Shown here one piece after another: positions 1-9,982 of a DNA stretch of 64,000 nucleotides. The notes beneath the pieces were generated by a model, which was not told where the DNA came from, made no database searches, and saw nothing but the letters and a program-made list of their open reading frames with translations. Location of the stretch: positions 47 through 64,046 of the forward strand of contig CAYSVM010000002.1 of the NCBI GenBank assembly GCA_964434605.1, in the 5' to 3' direction. The stretch comes from an uncultured Candidatus Saccharibacteria bacterium (GTDB lineage Bacteria; Patescibacteriota; Kazan-3B-28). Numbering within the stretch: the stretch's first letter is position 1; each line of letters opens with the position of its first letter. The position numbers and the translations under genes are program-made.

Positions 1-257
1 ACTAAGATTTCCGATCAAAAAGATACCTTCTATACAAAAATGATAAGGATTAAAAATAGCGCATACAAGAAAATAAAATCATTCTTCGATAATAACGACG
101 CCGGTTGGCAGATTACCTTTATTAGTATTGGTTCCGCGCCGATACTTGCTAGTAGCCCTAGAAGCTCTAGGGATAGTTTCGGTGGCAGTGGACGATTTTC
201 GGGCGGAGGAGCTGATGGGGTGGTAGTGATGGTTGGTAAAAAGGTATAATTAGCTTC

Positions 258-866
258 GTGGATTTATTTACGACAGATTATCTGGTTGAGCTAATTAAAA
301 TAGTAGGGTACATAGGTATCTTTGCCATTGTCTTTGCCGAATCAGGACTGCTTGTAGGGTTCTTTCTCCCTGGAGATAGTTTGTTATTCACTGCGGGGTT
401 ACTTGCTTCGCAGGGATATTTTGACATCACTTGGTTAGTATCTCTTATTTTTATCGGTGCAGTTTTTGGAGATAATGTCGGATATGCTTTTGGTAGATCG
501 GTTGGCCCAAAAATATTCAGGCGTGAGGATTCCATCCTTTTCCACAAGAAGAATTTAGTTCGAGCTAGAGATTTCTATAAAAAATATGGTCCAATGACTA
601 TTGTCCTTGCCCGCTTTATGCCCGTAGTACGTACATTCGCTCCCATTGTTGCGGGAGTTGGGGAGATGAAATACAAAACATTTATGTTTTATAATATTTT
701 CGGTGGCTTCATTTGGAGCTTTGGTCTAACACTGTCTGGATATTATCTAGTAAAGATTATTCCAGGTGTTGAAAAATATGTTTCGTGGATAATTATTGGA
801 ATAATTGTCATCTCAGTCCTGCCGCCAATTTGGCATATACTAAAAGAACGATACTCAAAAAAGTAA
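258..866 (+). CDS. DedA/SNARE-associated family membrane protein
   Basis: 202 aa; N-terminal FAESGLLVGFFLPGDSLLFTAGLLA DedA signature and multiple TM segments. Confidence 0.8.
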   Translation: MDLFTTDYLVELIKIVGYIGIFAIVFAESGLLVGFFLPGDSLLFTAGLLASQGYFDITWLVSLIFIGAVFGDNVGYAFGRSVGPKIFRREDSILFHKKNLVRARDFYKKYGPMTIVLARFMPVVRTFAPIVAGVGEMKYKTFMFYNIFGGFIWSFGLTLSGYYLVKIIPGVEKYVSWIIIGIIVISVLPPIWHILKERYSKK

Positions 867-898
867 AATCTATAATGGAATGATTATAAGGAGACTTT

Positions 899-1309
899 AT
901 GAAGGGATTCGTCACCAATCTTAAACAAGAAACAACAACAAATAGCGATTTTCGCCGTGTGTTATATACAGGACATCACACCCAACTAGTGCTAATGACC
1001 CTTAACCCAGGTGAAGAAATTGGTTCCGAAGTTCATGCCACGATTGACCAATTCTTCTGTTTTGATGAAGGAGAAGGAAAAGTAGAAATAAATGGTGTAG
1101 AACATGAAGTAAGAGACGGATTTGGAGTAATCATTCCTGCTGGTGCAAAGCACAATGTAATCAACACCTCTATGGATAAGCTATTGAAGCTCTACACTCT
1201 TTACTCCCCCCCAGAACATATCGATGGTACTATCCGTGCTACAAAAGCAGATGCAATTGCCCAACCCGAAGAGTTTGACGGAAAAATTACTGAGTGGCCA
1301 ATAGACTAA
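899..1309 (+). CDS. cupin domain protein
   Basis: 136 aa; cupin beta-barrel motifs (G-x-E-x-G-x-E-V-H and GxxxxIPAGxxH); AGGAG RBS upstream. Confidence 0.6.
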   Translation: MKGFVTNLKQETTTNSDFRRVLYTGHHTQLVLMTLNPGEEIGSEVHATIDQFFCFDEGEGKVEINGVEHEVRDGFGVIIPAGAKHNVINTSMDKLLKLYTLYSPPEHIDGTIRATKADAIAQPEEFDGKITEWPID

Positions 1310-1363
1310 TAGTGTGCACACAACAGATTAGCTTGTATAATAAAAACGAGTAAATTTTGGTGT

Positions 1364-1783
1364 ATGGCAAAATCTAAACCAGCAGAGAGTACGGTTCGTA
1401 ACACAAACCAGTTGCATCATAAGAGTTTTGGTCCATTAGACAGAATAGCAATCTGGACTACTAACCATGTTGGAAGCATGGGGTTTTTTCTGTTAATCGT
1501 TTTATGGACTATCGGTTGGCTTGGTTGGAATACAATGGGACCCATTGAGTCCAGATTTGACCCTTATCCAGCTTTTGTTCTTTGGCTATTTATTTCCAAT
1601 ATGATTCAGATTATGTTGATGCCCCTCATTATGGTCGGACAAAACTTACAGAATCGTCATGCTGAATTGCGGGCTGATTCAGACTACAAAACCAACCTGC
1701 GAGCAGAAAAAGAAATTAGAGAGATTCTTTTCTATCTAAAAAAACACGATAAAATACTAGAACGAATTACACGTTCCAAGTAA
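1364..1783 (+). CDS. DUF1003-like small membrane protein
   Basis: 139 aa; two TM helices followed by a conserved charged C-terminus, as in the DUF1003 family. Confidence 0.5.
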   Translation: MAKSKPAESTVRNTNQLHHKSFGPLDRIAIWTTNHVGSMGFFLLIVLWTIGWLGWNTMGPIESRFDPYPAFVLWLFISNMIQIMLMPLIMVGQNLQNRHAELRADSDYKTNLRAEKEIREILFYLKKHDKILERITRSK

Positions 1784-1787
1784 ATTC

Positions 1788-2144
1788 ATGCGAAAATTTG
1801 CTCACAGTATTGTAAGTGCTGTAAGAGGAATTAGAGATCTGATTCGCACTCAGCCGAATTTTTGTATCGAGCTAGTTATTGCCATTCTCGCTTTGTGTGC
1901 AGCTTATGCATTTAATCTACGTGCCCTAGAACGCATAGCAGTAATAATGATCATACTCTTCGTACTAACTGCCGAAGCGGCTAATAGCGTACTAGAAAGC
2001 ATCCTAGATGGTGTTAGTAAGCACTACTCACCTAGATTTCGTATGGCAAAAGATATGCTTGCAGGAATCACTCTAATTGCCGCCATTGGCTCGATAATTA
2101 TTGGTGTAATTATCTTCTACCCCTACATAAAAGATTTGTTATGA
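1788..2144 (+). CDS. dgkA: diacylglycerol kinase / undecaprenol kinase (DgkA family)
   Basis: 118 aa; three TM segments and the ANSVLESILD motif typical of prokaryotic DAGK. Confidence 0.7.
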   Translation: MRKFAHSIVSAVRGIRDLIRTQPNFCIELVIAILALCAAYAFNLRALERIAVIMIILFVLTAEAANSVLESILDGVSKHYSPRFRMAKDMLAGITLIAAIGSIIIGVIIFYPYIKDLL

Positions 2145-3400
2145 CCAAGTTCATAATTCACAGCAGAAAACCTTTAAATGGTAAAGTAAAAATCGGTGGC
2201 GCTAAAAATGCAGTCTTACCATTAATGGCAGCCACTCTTTTAACAAACGAAACCTGTGAAATTCACAACACTCCAAACATTAGTGATGTAAAAGTTCTGA
2301 GTGAAATAATGACTGACTTGGGTTCAGTTATAACTCACAAAGGAGATGTCCTCACAATTGATAATAAAAATCTTCATTACGCCGAATTAGATTTTGAAAA
2401 ACTGCGCAAAATCCGTTCTTCTATTCTGATTATAGGACCAATGCTTGCACGCTTTGGACAAGCAAGATTTATCGAGCCGGGCGGATGTAAACTTGGCAAT
2501 CGTTCCATTGATACACATTTACATGCTTTTGAAACACTTGGAGCAAAAACTGAATTCGACGGTGAACGATATCATATAACTACAGATGGTTTCACAGGTA
2601 CACGAATGGTGTTGGATGAAATGAGTGTGACGGGAACCGCTAACGCAGTAATGTCAGCAGTTTTAGCTCACGGAACTACTGAAATACGACTTGCTGCCGC
2701 CGAACCAGAAAACATTAATCTTATGGAAGCATTAGTTTCTATGGGTGCCAAAATATCGGGTATAGGCACACACAATGTTGTAATTGAAGGAGTGTCAGAG
2801 CTTCATGGCGCCAGTATAACTGTAATCACTGACCGCATAGAAGCCGCGACTTTTGCTGTAGCAGCTGTTATTACCAACGGAGATTTGTTAATAGACGGAT
2901 ATATTCGTGACCACCAAGATGTTGTCACCCAAACACTTACCAATATAGGTGCTCACTATGAAATGCCTTCCGACCACGAAATTCATATTTTCCCTTCAGA
3001 TAATCTAAAAGCATTTAAAATTCGTACCGACATCTATCCAGGATTTCCGACTGATATGCAGGCATTATTTGGTGCGCTCATGACAAAAACAGAAGGCACC
3101 AGCTATATTCACGAAACAATGTATGACGGAAGATTGGCTTATCTAGAAGAACTGAATAAACTCGGTGCGAATTGTAAGATTTTGGATATACACCGAGCAG
3201 AAATTATTGGTCCAACCAATCTCCATGGTGCCGAAGTCACTTGTCCTGATATCCGCGGAGGCGCTGGGATACTGTTAGCCGCCCTTTCTGCAGATGGGGA
3301 AACTATTATCAACAACGCATATCCGCTTGAACGTGGCTATGCTGATATCAACATTCGTCTGCAAGCACTCGGAATAGATATAGAAAAACAGGAAGGCTAG
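2141..3400 (+). CDS. murA: UDP-N-acetylglucosamine 1-carboxyvinyltransferase
   Basis: 419 aa; N-terminal KVKIGGAKNAVLPLMAA motif and EPSP-synthase fold length; start overlaps the dgkA stop. Confidence 0.9.
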   Translation: MTKFIIHSRKPLNGKVKIGGAKNAVLPLMAATLLTNETCEIHNTPNISDVKVLSEIMTDLGSVITHKGDVLTIDNKNLHYAELDFEKLRKIRSSILIIGPMLARFGQARFIEPGGCKLGNRSIDTHLHAFETLGAKTEFDGERYHITTDGFTGTRMVLDEMSVTGTANAVMSAVLAHGTTEIRLAAAEPENINLMEALVSMGAKISGIGTHNVVIEGVSELHGASITVITDRIEAATFAVAAVITNGDLLIDGYIRDHQDVVTQTLTNIGAHYEMPSDHEIHIFPSDNLKAFKIRTDIYPGFPTDMQALFGALMTKTEGTSYIHETMYDGRLAYLEELNKLGANCKILDIHRAEIIGPTNLHGAEVTCPDIRGGAGILLAALSADGETIINNAYPLERGYADINIRLQALGIDIEKQEG

Positions 3401-3414
3401 AAACTTTCAACTCA

Positions 3415-3750
3415 ATCACCTAAAATAAAAATAGGTCGGGGGTAACTCTCGATCTACATTATGTTCAGGCTTGAAAGGAGGAGTGCATGGGAACCAAATC
3501 CTATGCAGTGGCGTCCGCTTCGGCGGGCCAATGTCCCTAAGCGGTCTTGTGCCGTTCGATCGACGAAACTTAACATTGTGGATGAAGGAGGTGATCCAAG
3601 TAAGGTAGGCAAGACTCCGATTATTGGTAACCAAAGACCATCTGCGAATAACAGAAGATCTCGTGGGTACATCCCCCGCCAAACTCTGCAACGGAGCCAT
3701 CCACAAGCGCCTCGTCGGTAATCTCGCTTGAACGCATCAAGGGGCGGCAT
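3415..3750 (+). ncRNA. candidate structured ncRNA, class unresolved (RNase P RNA or tmRNA-sized)
   Basis: ~335 nt with GC well above local background and many G/C runs. It has a UUCG-capped hairpin (gtccgcTTCGgcgggc) and a terminal GC hairpin (ggggcggcatccgtgtcgcccc). Only short overlapping ORFs occur on both strands. RNase P (GGAAAGUCC/ACAGAAnnnGGCUUA) and tmRNA (acceptor/T-arm, tag ORF) hallmarks were searched by eye and not convincingly found. Confidence 0.35.
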
Positions 3751-3898
3751 CCGTGTCGCCCCTAACTCTAAAATTTTTCGCTCCTAGTAATAGTTTTTAA
3801 TATTCCTATCTGTTGTAATCTGATTTTCTCCTAGACACCAGATAAGCATATCTGTACAATACCTCTGTGGTTATAAACGCTAACTAAAAGGAGTTCTC

Positions 3899-4096
3899 AT
3901 GGCTTTCAGCTACAAGAACAAGAAGGGTTCAACATATTTCTTGCACTCTAAGAATGTCACGCTCAAGGGCGGACGTAAGCAAACGATTTATTACTTCGGT
4001 AAGGAAATCAAAACTGGTGCCTGCGATGCAGTTCCAGCAGGTTACAAAGTAAAAGAGAGTGCTCGTACTGGTTTGCCAATTCTCTACAAAGGATAA
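3899..4096 (+). CDS. hypothetical small protein (65 aa)
   Basis: AAAAGGAG RBS 7 nt upstream; extended -10 (TGtACAAT) at ~3853-3861; lysine-rich, no recognisable domain. Confidence 0.45.
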   Translation: MAFSYKNKKGSTYFLHSKNVTLKGGRKQTIYYFGKEIKTGACDAVPAGYKVKESARTGLPILYKG

Positions 4097-4229
4097 TTCC
4101 TTTACTCAAATTCAATAACAAAACATCTGTTCATTTCGAGCGGATGTTTTTGTATGTTTGATTTTTGTTTAATAAGATGCCTAAAATAGCCAGACGGTAT
4201 TGTAACTTATTCTTCGGGAGGGCAAAACT

Positions 4230-4490
4230 GTGGCCAAAATAAAGGTACCGAGAAGCGTCGGTGAAGCAACGAGACTGCTCAGGGCGGCTGGGTACAAACC
4301 AGAACCAATGGGAGCATCTCGGAAGCATGTTCACTGGCGTCATCCCAAGCTACCTTTGGCGCCAGACTTAATCACGCCTAAAGGAGGAGCTAAGCACTCC
4401 GTTAGTTACAAGTGTGGATTCGACCTCAAAAGGATTCTGGAAGAAGCGAGAATTCAAATCGCCCTCCAAACTCCAGCAGAAGAGGATTGA
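4230..4490 (+). CDS. hicA: HicA-like (YcfA family) toxin-antitoxin mRNA interferase toxin
   Basis: 86 aa; pattern LLRAAGY..GASRKHVHWRHP...ITPKG..KH....LKRILEEA fits the HicA/YcfA dsRBD-like family (GSHHxxxHP core); followed by a strong terminator. Confidence 0.5.
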   Translation: MAKIKVPRSVGEATRLLRAAGYKPEPMGASRKHVHWRHPKLPLAPDLITPKGGAKHSVSYKCGFDLKRILEEARIQIALQTPAEED

Positions 4491-4505
4491 ACCTGTCATC
4501 ATCAA

Positions 4506-4540
4506 CAGCCGCTCCATCTGGGGCGGCTGAATCTTTTTTA
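4506..4540 (+). terminator. rho-independent terminator after hicA-like gene
   Basis: cagccgctccatctggggcggctg hairpin followed by aatctttttta. Confidence 0.7.
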
Positions 4541-4562
4541 TCGCTAATTTATTTCGACATGG

Positions 4563-4634
4563 TACCGCCACGGGGAGTCGAACCCCGGTTACAAGAATGA
4601 GAATCTTGCGTCCTAACCACTAGACGATGGCGGC
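4563..4634 (-). tRNA. tRNA-Glu (anticodon CUC)
   Basis: Reverse complement GCCGCCA-TC-GTCTAGTGGTTAGGAC-GCAAGATT[CTC]ATTCTTGT-AACC-GGGGTTCGACTCCCCG-TGGCGGT-A: 7-bp acceptor stem, cloverleaf, T-loop GTTCGAC. Confidence 0.9.
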
Positions 4635-4701
4635 TCATATTGATTATATCAAGCTAACATCTGTTCTTTTTGATACACTAGAAATGTAACTAAGTCCAGC
4701 T

Positions 4702-4956
4702 ATGGGGTTCGAAAATTTTTCTTTTCCACCTCAAGAATCTGGCGGGGGGACAACAGAAAAAGAGGAAACAGATACAAAAAACCCACCTCCGCTAGAGGAA
4801 TCCTTTGAAGGAATCTGTATAGTTGACTGCAATGGAGTCCATCTTCCAAAAGAAGTCCCACGAGACAAAGGAGTAACTATCTACATCGACCAAGAAGGAG
4901 TTACTCGCTACTCAAACAACCCAGCCATTAAGGAAGAAGAATCACATTGGCCCTAA
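4702..4956 (+). CDS. hypothetical protein (84 aa)
   Basis: ORF between tRNA-Glu and nfo; acidic low-complexity N-terminus; no recognisable domain; may be spurious. Confidence 0.3.
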   Translation: MGFENFSFPPQESGGGTTEKEETDTKNPPPLEESFEGICIVDCNGVHLPKEVPRDKGVTIYIDQEGVTRYSNNPAIKEEESHWP

Positions 4957-4966
4957 ACCCAAACAC

Positions 4967-5818
4967 ATGTTACTCGGATACCATGTATCAACTAGCGGAG
5001 GACTACACAAAGCATTTCAGGAAGCTGAAGCGCTAGAGTGTAGTGCTATCCAGATCTTTGTCGGCAGTCCCCAAACGTGGAACACACCAATTGTTTCTCC
5101 CAAAGAAGCGGAGAAATTCAAACAAGCATGGAAAAAATCCAAAGTTAAGAAGGTTTTGGTTCATTCTGCATATCTACCTAATCCAGCTAGCCACAAAACT
5201 ACTTTGCGAAATGTAAGTCTAAAGAAAATGAAGGAAGAGATCCGTATTGCCTGTGCTATTGGTGCAGATGGATACAACTTCCACTGTGGAAGCAACCAAG
5301 ACAGCACGATAGAAGGAATAAACCTTACTATCCAGACTCTAAATCGTCTAGCTGAACTAAGTGATAAAAAATATGCTATTCCGTTGATTATCGAAAATGA
5401 TGCTGGTGCCGGTAATAGAATAGGAGACACCATTGAAGAACTAGGTTTAATCTGGGAAGGAATAAAGAATAAAAAAAGATTTGGCTTCACTCTAGACACT
5501 TGCCATTTATTCGTTTCCGGTATTGATGTCCGCACAAAAAAAGATATTGATGACTTACTCGGAAAATTCGATAAACTGATTGGACTGAAATATCTCCAGT
5601 TTATTCACCTAAATGACGCTAAATTCGATCTCGGTTCCCGCAAAGACCGCCACGCTAACATTGGCGAAGGGTTTATCGGTCTAAACGCTTTCAAATACTT
5701 GGTTACCTCACCAAAGTTGAAAGATGTTGCCTTTATCCTAGAAACTCCTCGTACCGGCAACCTCAAAGAAGATCTAAAAGACATTCTCACCCTCAAGAAA
5801 CTCGCCAAGTCGAAATAA
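4967..5818 (+). CDS. nfo: endonuclease IV (AP endonuclease family 2, xylose-isomerase-like TIM barrel)
   Basis: 283 aa; MLLGYHVSTSGGL start, conserved His/Glu/Asp metal ligands (HSAYLPN, FHCG, IENDAG, HLND). Confidence 0.85.
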   Translation: MLLGYHVSTSGGLHKAFQEAEALECSAIQIFVGSPQTWNTPIVSPKEAEKFKQAWKKSKVKKVLVHSAYLPNPASHKTTLRNVSLKKMKEEIRIACAIGADGYNFHCGSNQDSTIEGINLTIQTLNRLAELSDKKYAIPLIIENDAGAGNRIGDTIEELGLIWEGIKNKKRFGFTLDTCHLFVSGIDVRTKKDIDDLLGKFDKLIGLKYLQFIHLNDAKFDLGSRKDRHANIGEGFIGLNAFKYLVTSPKLKDVAFILETPRTGNLKEDLKDILTLKKLAKSK

Positions 5819-5842
5819 AAAAAGTGATACAATAAATCTGTT

Positions 5843-6163
5843 ATGGACAATCAAGTTGTCAACGCCGTTACTGGCGCAGTAGCCGATCAAGCCAAACAAG
5901 CTGCTAATGCAGCTGCCAAAGGCATCTATGAGCGGCTTTTTGATGCATATCAGGGCTTTGTGGGCATCTTCCCTGAACAATATCAGTGGATCATCTCTTT
6001 GGTCCTTATTCTGGCGGTTGCCTCTTTTCTGTTCAAGCTCATCAAGAAGAATTGGCTCTGGCTAGTATTAGCAGTTGTCTTATTCCCGGGTCTTCTGCTT
6101 GTCTTGCAGAACTTCTTCAACTCTCTGGTAGCGCTTTTTATCGGGAAATCTATAGGCCAATAG
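5843..6163 (+). CDS. hypothetical membrane protein
   Basis: 106 aa; three predicted TM helices. Confidence 0.4.
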   Translation: MDNQVVNAVTGAVADQAKQAANAAAKGIYERLFDAYQGFVGIFPEQYQWIISLVLILAVASFLFKLIKKNWLWLVLAVVLFPGLLLVLQNFFNSLVALFIGKSIGQ

Positions 6164-6202
6164 TCTTCTTCGTAGCTTTTCCGCTAACCTCGTTTTTCTG
6201 AT

Positions 6203-7624
6203 ATGCTGGGGGAGATTTTAGATTACCTTATGTACGAAAACCGCACTCTCATCTCAGATACCCCAACCCTTGTCGGACAAACTGTCACCCTTTTTGGCTG
6301 GGTCCACAGTAAGCGGAATATGGGGAAGATTATCTTCATCGATCTTCGAGATGGATTTGGCTTAGTTCAAGTCGTTTTTGGCGACAATCCAAAACTTCAA
6401 GAACAAGCCGACAACCTCAAGCCTGAATCTGCTATTCGGCTTGTTGGCAAAGTAGTGGAAAGGGGAGAGCGGAATATTAACCCCAAGATTGTTACTGGAG
6501 GAATAGAAATCCAAGCCACTGAATTAGAGATACTGAACGAATCCACCACTCCACCATTTGAGATAGACCATGAAACAGTAGCAGACGAAGAAACTCGCCT
6601 AAAATACCGCTACTTAGATCTTCGTCACGAACGAATTCACCACAATTTACTAATGCGCCACCAGGTAATTAACTTTATTCGTAATTTCCTGAATGAACAC
6701 AAATTCATAGAGATAGAAACACCTCTTATGTCCGCCCCCACCCCTGAAGGTGCAAGAGATTTTTTGGTTCCAAGTCGTAAATACCAAGGAAGTTTCTATG
6801 CTCTTCCACAAGCTCCACAACAATACAAACAACTTCTAATGACTGCGTGTTTTGAGCGCTACTACCAAATTGCAAAATGTATGCGAGACGAGGACTTGCG
6901 GGGAGATCGACAACCGGAATTCACCCAACTAGATTTAGAAATGTCTTTTGTTGACCGTGAAGATATTATGAATCTAAACGAAACGTTGCTGATAGAATTA
7001 GTCCGAGTCTTGTATCCAAACAAAGTAATTTCTACCACTCCATTTCCTCGGTTAAGCTACCAGGAAGCAATGGAAAAATATGGTACAGACCGCCCTGATT
7101 TACGCAAGGACAAAACTAATCCAGACGAACTAGCTTTTTGTTGGATAGTGGATTTCCCGTTCTTCGAGAAAACAGACACAGGGTGGACGTTTACCCACAA
7201 TCCCTTCTCCGCACCTATGCCAGAACATATGGATGATTTACTCAACGAACGAAACATCGGGAAGATTATTGCTGCTCAATATGACATTACTTTGAATGGA
7301 AGTGAAATTGGTGGAGGAAGTATTCGGAACCACCAACCACAAGCCCTACTTTCTGCACTAAAGATTATGGGATATGACGAAACAAAAGCTCAAGCGGACT
7401 TTGGCCATATGCTAGAAGCATTCCAATATGGCGCTCCTCCACACGGTGGTATTGCCTGGGGATTAGATCGCTTGGTTATGCTTCTCCAAAACGAACCGAA
7501 TATCCGTGAAGTTATCGCTTTCCCCAAGACAGACAAAGGCCGTGATCCCATGATGGGCTCGCCTCGCGAAGTAGACTCCGCTACCCTGAATGAACTTGGT
7601 CTGTCCTTAAAAAAGAAAAAGTAG
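6203..7624 (+). CDS. aspS: aspartate--tRNA ligase, short archaeal/non-discriminating type
   Basis: 473 aa; class II aaRS motifs RLKYRYLDLR and FTQLDLEMSF..., OB-fold N-terminus; GatCAB is encoded in the same window. Confidence 0.85.
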   Translation: MLGEILDYLMYENRTLISDTPTLVGQTVTLFGWVHSKRNMGKIIFIDLRDGFGLVQVVFGDNPKLQEQADNLKPESAIRLVGKVVERGERNINPKIVTGGIEIQATELEILNESTTPPFEIDHETVADEETRLKYRYLDLRHERIHHNLLMRHQVINFIRNFLNEHKFIEIETPLMSAPTPEGARDFLVPSRKYQGSFYALPQAPQQYKQLLMTACFERYYQIAKCMRDEDLRGDRQPEFTQLDLEMSFVDREDIMNLNETLLIELVRVLYPNKVISTTPFPRLSYQEAMEKYGTDRPDLRKDKTNPDELAFCWIVDFPFFEKTDTGWTFTHNPFSAPMPEHMDDLLNERNIGKIIAAQYDITLNGSEIGGGSIRNHQPQALLSALKIMGYDETKAQADFGHMLEAFQYGAPPHGGIAWGLDRLVMLLQNEPNIREVIAFPKTDKGRDPMMGSPREVDSATLNELGLSLKKKK

Positions 7625-7625
7625 C

Positions 7626-8555
7626 GTGAATAGTCTTGCATTGCTATTAGTCTTTCTCCGGTTCTTCACCGGTACCCTAGATAGCCCCCAACAACAATTG
7701 TTAGGTGTCTTTAACATATTCTCTTCTAGCTACTCTGCTGTCGAATTCGCACAGAATATAAATTCCCTAATTGGTCCCATTCGAAATCTAAACTCAAAAG
7801 ATGTGGAACTCAATTCCAAAGCATCTATTATCATAGACACCGAAAGTAACCGAACTCTGTACTCCAAAAACGCAAACGAATCTCTACCCATCGCCTCCCT
7901 TACAAAAATAATGACCGCACTTGTAGCTCTGGATAGATTCGGTAGTCAGCTCAATACTGTTGCAACTGTTCCCGTAGAAGCAGTGAAAGTCACTGGCTCT
8001 AAAATGTCTTTATACGCCAATGAACGTATCACTATCTCAAACCTCCTAAAGGGTACTCTTATTGAATCCGCAAACGATGCCGCTACTACGCTAGCATATG
8101 CTACAGCAGATACTCCCAACCAATTCATCTCTCTAATGAACCAAAAAGCATCAGAGCTGGGACTCACCCAAACTCACTTTACTAATCCAGTCGGTTTTGA
8201 TGACCCCCAACACTACTCCACCGCCAAAGATCTTGCAGAACTCTCTCGCATCGCTATGGAAAACGAAACTTTTGCCAATATTGTTAAAATCTCTAAGACT
8301 ACCGTAAAAGACGTAAGTGGCAAATTTGTTCACCAGCTAAACACTACGAATAAACTGCTAGGACAGTTTGAGAATGTCATTGGGGTAAAGACCGGCACTA
8401 CAGATGAAGCAGGTGAGTCGCTAGTAGCTGCTGTAGAAGGAGATAGTGGCCAAAAGGTTATCGTGGTCCTACTAGATAGCCCAAACCGTTTCCAAGAGGG
8501 CAAAAAAGCGCTAGACTGGGCGCTCAAGGCATATTCTTGGATAGAACCCCTGTAG
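7626..8555 (+). CDS. D-alanyl-D-alanine carboxypeptidase (S11 serine peptidase, PBP5-like)
   Basis: 309 aa; active-site SLTK (SxxK) motif and SxN-like motif; N-terminal signal/anchor. Confidence 0.8.
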   Translation: MNSLALLLVFLRFFTGTLDSPQQQLLGVFNIFSSSYSAVEFAQNINSLIGPIRNLNSKDVELNSKASIIIDTESNRTLYSKNANESLPIASLTKIMTALVALDRFGSQLNTVATVPVEAVKVTGSKMSLYANERITISNLLKGTLIESANDAATTLAYATADTPNQFISLMNQKASELGLTQTHFTNPVGFDDPQHYSTAKDLAELSRIAMENETFANIVKISKTTVKDVSGKFVHQLNTTNKLLGQFENVIGVKTGTTDEAGESLVAAVEGDSGQKVIVVLLDSPNRFQEGKKALDWALKAYSWIEPL

Positions 8556-8562
8556 GTTAGAT

Positions 8563-9903
8563 ATGGAACACCATTTTCTCGTTGCTATCATCGGCCGTCC
8601 CAATGTCGGCAAATCCACCCTATTCAACCGCCTTATTGGCGAGAAAAAGGCTATTTTAGCCGAAGAACCCGGTACTACCAGAGATGTTCTTTTTGGAGAA
8701 GTAACTTGGAACAAGATTAGCTTTACTGTCGCAGATACTGCCGGTATTGAGCCAGACAACAAATCTGAACTCACTAAAAATGTTTTAGCTCAAACCAAAG
8801 TTGCCCTTGAATCTGCTGATCTCCTTTTATTCCTAGTAAATGCCAAAGAAGGAATTCACCCAGACGACCAAGAAGTTGCCCGTATGGCTCGTAAGCAAAA
8901 CAAGCCCATATTGCTACTAATAAACAAGACAGACAAAAAGGTAGATCCCGAAACACTAGCCGAATTCTATCGTCTTGGATTCAAACAAACATTTGAAACA
9001 GCTGGCACTACCGGCAAGGGAATTGGTGAAGTCCTAGATGAAACTGTATACCAGTTAAATAAGATCAAGAAGTCGAAAGCTAAAACAAAGTCTAGCCATC
9101 CAGTTGTTAAGGTAGCAATCCTTGGCCGCCCCAATGTCGGCAAATCTACCTTATTCAATAAACTAATTGGGAAAAATCGCAGTATTGTAAGCAAAGAAGC
9201 GGGAACTACCCGAGACACCATAGATGAGCAAATACTTTTCGAAAATCACATCCTAGAGTTCACAGATACTGCTGGTCTCCGTCGTCGTGGAAAGGTTGAG
9301 GTAGGAATAGAGAAATTTTCTGCCCTCAGAATGCTACGCGCTGCCCAATCCGCAGACATCTGTCTTCTTTTAATGGAAGCAGACGAAGGAGTTATTGCCC
9401 AAGACCAACATATTTTGGAAATTGTTTTGGAATTGGGTAAAAGTCCAATCCTCGTTATCAACAAATGGGATCTTGTTGAAAAAACACAGAAAATTACTGC
9501 CGAATACGACAAATACCTAGAACAAAAATACCGCTTTGCATCTTGGATACCAAAAATTTACATCTCCGCCCTTACTGGCCAGAGAGTAGATCGACTTAAG
9601 ACCCTGATTCTCTCCACCATGGAACTACGCCACACTCGAATTGCCGATGAAAAAATAAATTCTCTTATTCTCCAAGCGGCAACCGAACGTAGACCATTTG
9701 GGAAATACGCTATTCCCGTTATCCACTCTGCCCGTCAGACATCCACCAATCCACCAGTAATTGAAATGGTGGCAGATCGTCCTGAAGCACTCCACCACAC
9801 CTACCTGCGTTATTTAGAAAATAAGATTCGTGAAGTCTGGCCCCTTACAGGTGTTCCCATCCGATTCGCCCCTAGGGCAAAAGCTCGGCGAGTTAGGAAA
9901 TAA
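8563..9903 (+). CDS. der: ribosome-associated GTPase Der (EngA), tandem GTP-binding domains
   Basis: 446 aa; two G domains each with GRPNVGKSTLFN P-loop and DTAG motifs; KH-like C-terminus. Confidence 0.9.
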   Translation: MEHHFLVAIIGRPNVGKSTLFNRLIGEKKAILAEEPGTTRDVLFGEVTWNKISFTVADTAGIEPDNKSELTKNVLAQTKVALESADLLLFLVNAKEGIHPDDQEVARMARKQNKPILLLINKTDKKVDPETLAEFYRLGFKQTFETAGTTGKGIGEVLDETVYQLNKIKKSKAKTKSSHPVVKVAILGRPNVGKSTLFNKLIGKNRSIVSKEAGTTRDTIDEQILFENHILEFTDTAGLRRRGKVEVGIEKFSALRMLRAAQSADICLLLMEADEGVIAQDQHILEIVLELGKSPILVINKWDLVEKTQKITAEYDKYLEQKYRFASWIPKIYISALTGQRVDRLKTLILSTMELRHTRIADEKINSLILQAATERRPFGKYAIPVIHSARQTSTNPPVIEMVADRPEALHHTYLRYLENKIREVWPLTGVPIRFAPRAKARRVRK

Positions 9904-9982
9904 TAATATCGTCAGTCATTCCTAATCCTATCTTAGTGGTATAATACCCTTGTCATATCCTTTACCATCAAAGGAGGGCAAG

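Noticed and set aside
3415-3750. Specific assignment as RNase P RNA or tmRNA
   Set aside because: Conserved P4 strands (GGAAAGUCC / ACAGAAnnnGGCUUA) and tmRNA acceptor/T-arm and a tag ORF ending in hydrophobic residues could not be found on either strand by eye. Kept only as an unclassified structured-RNA candidate.
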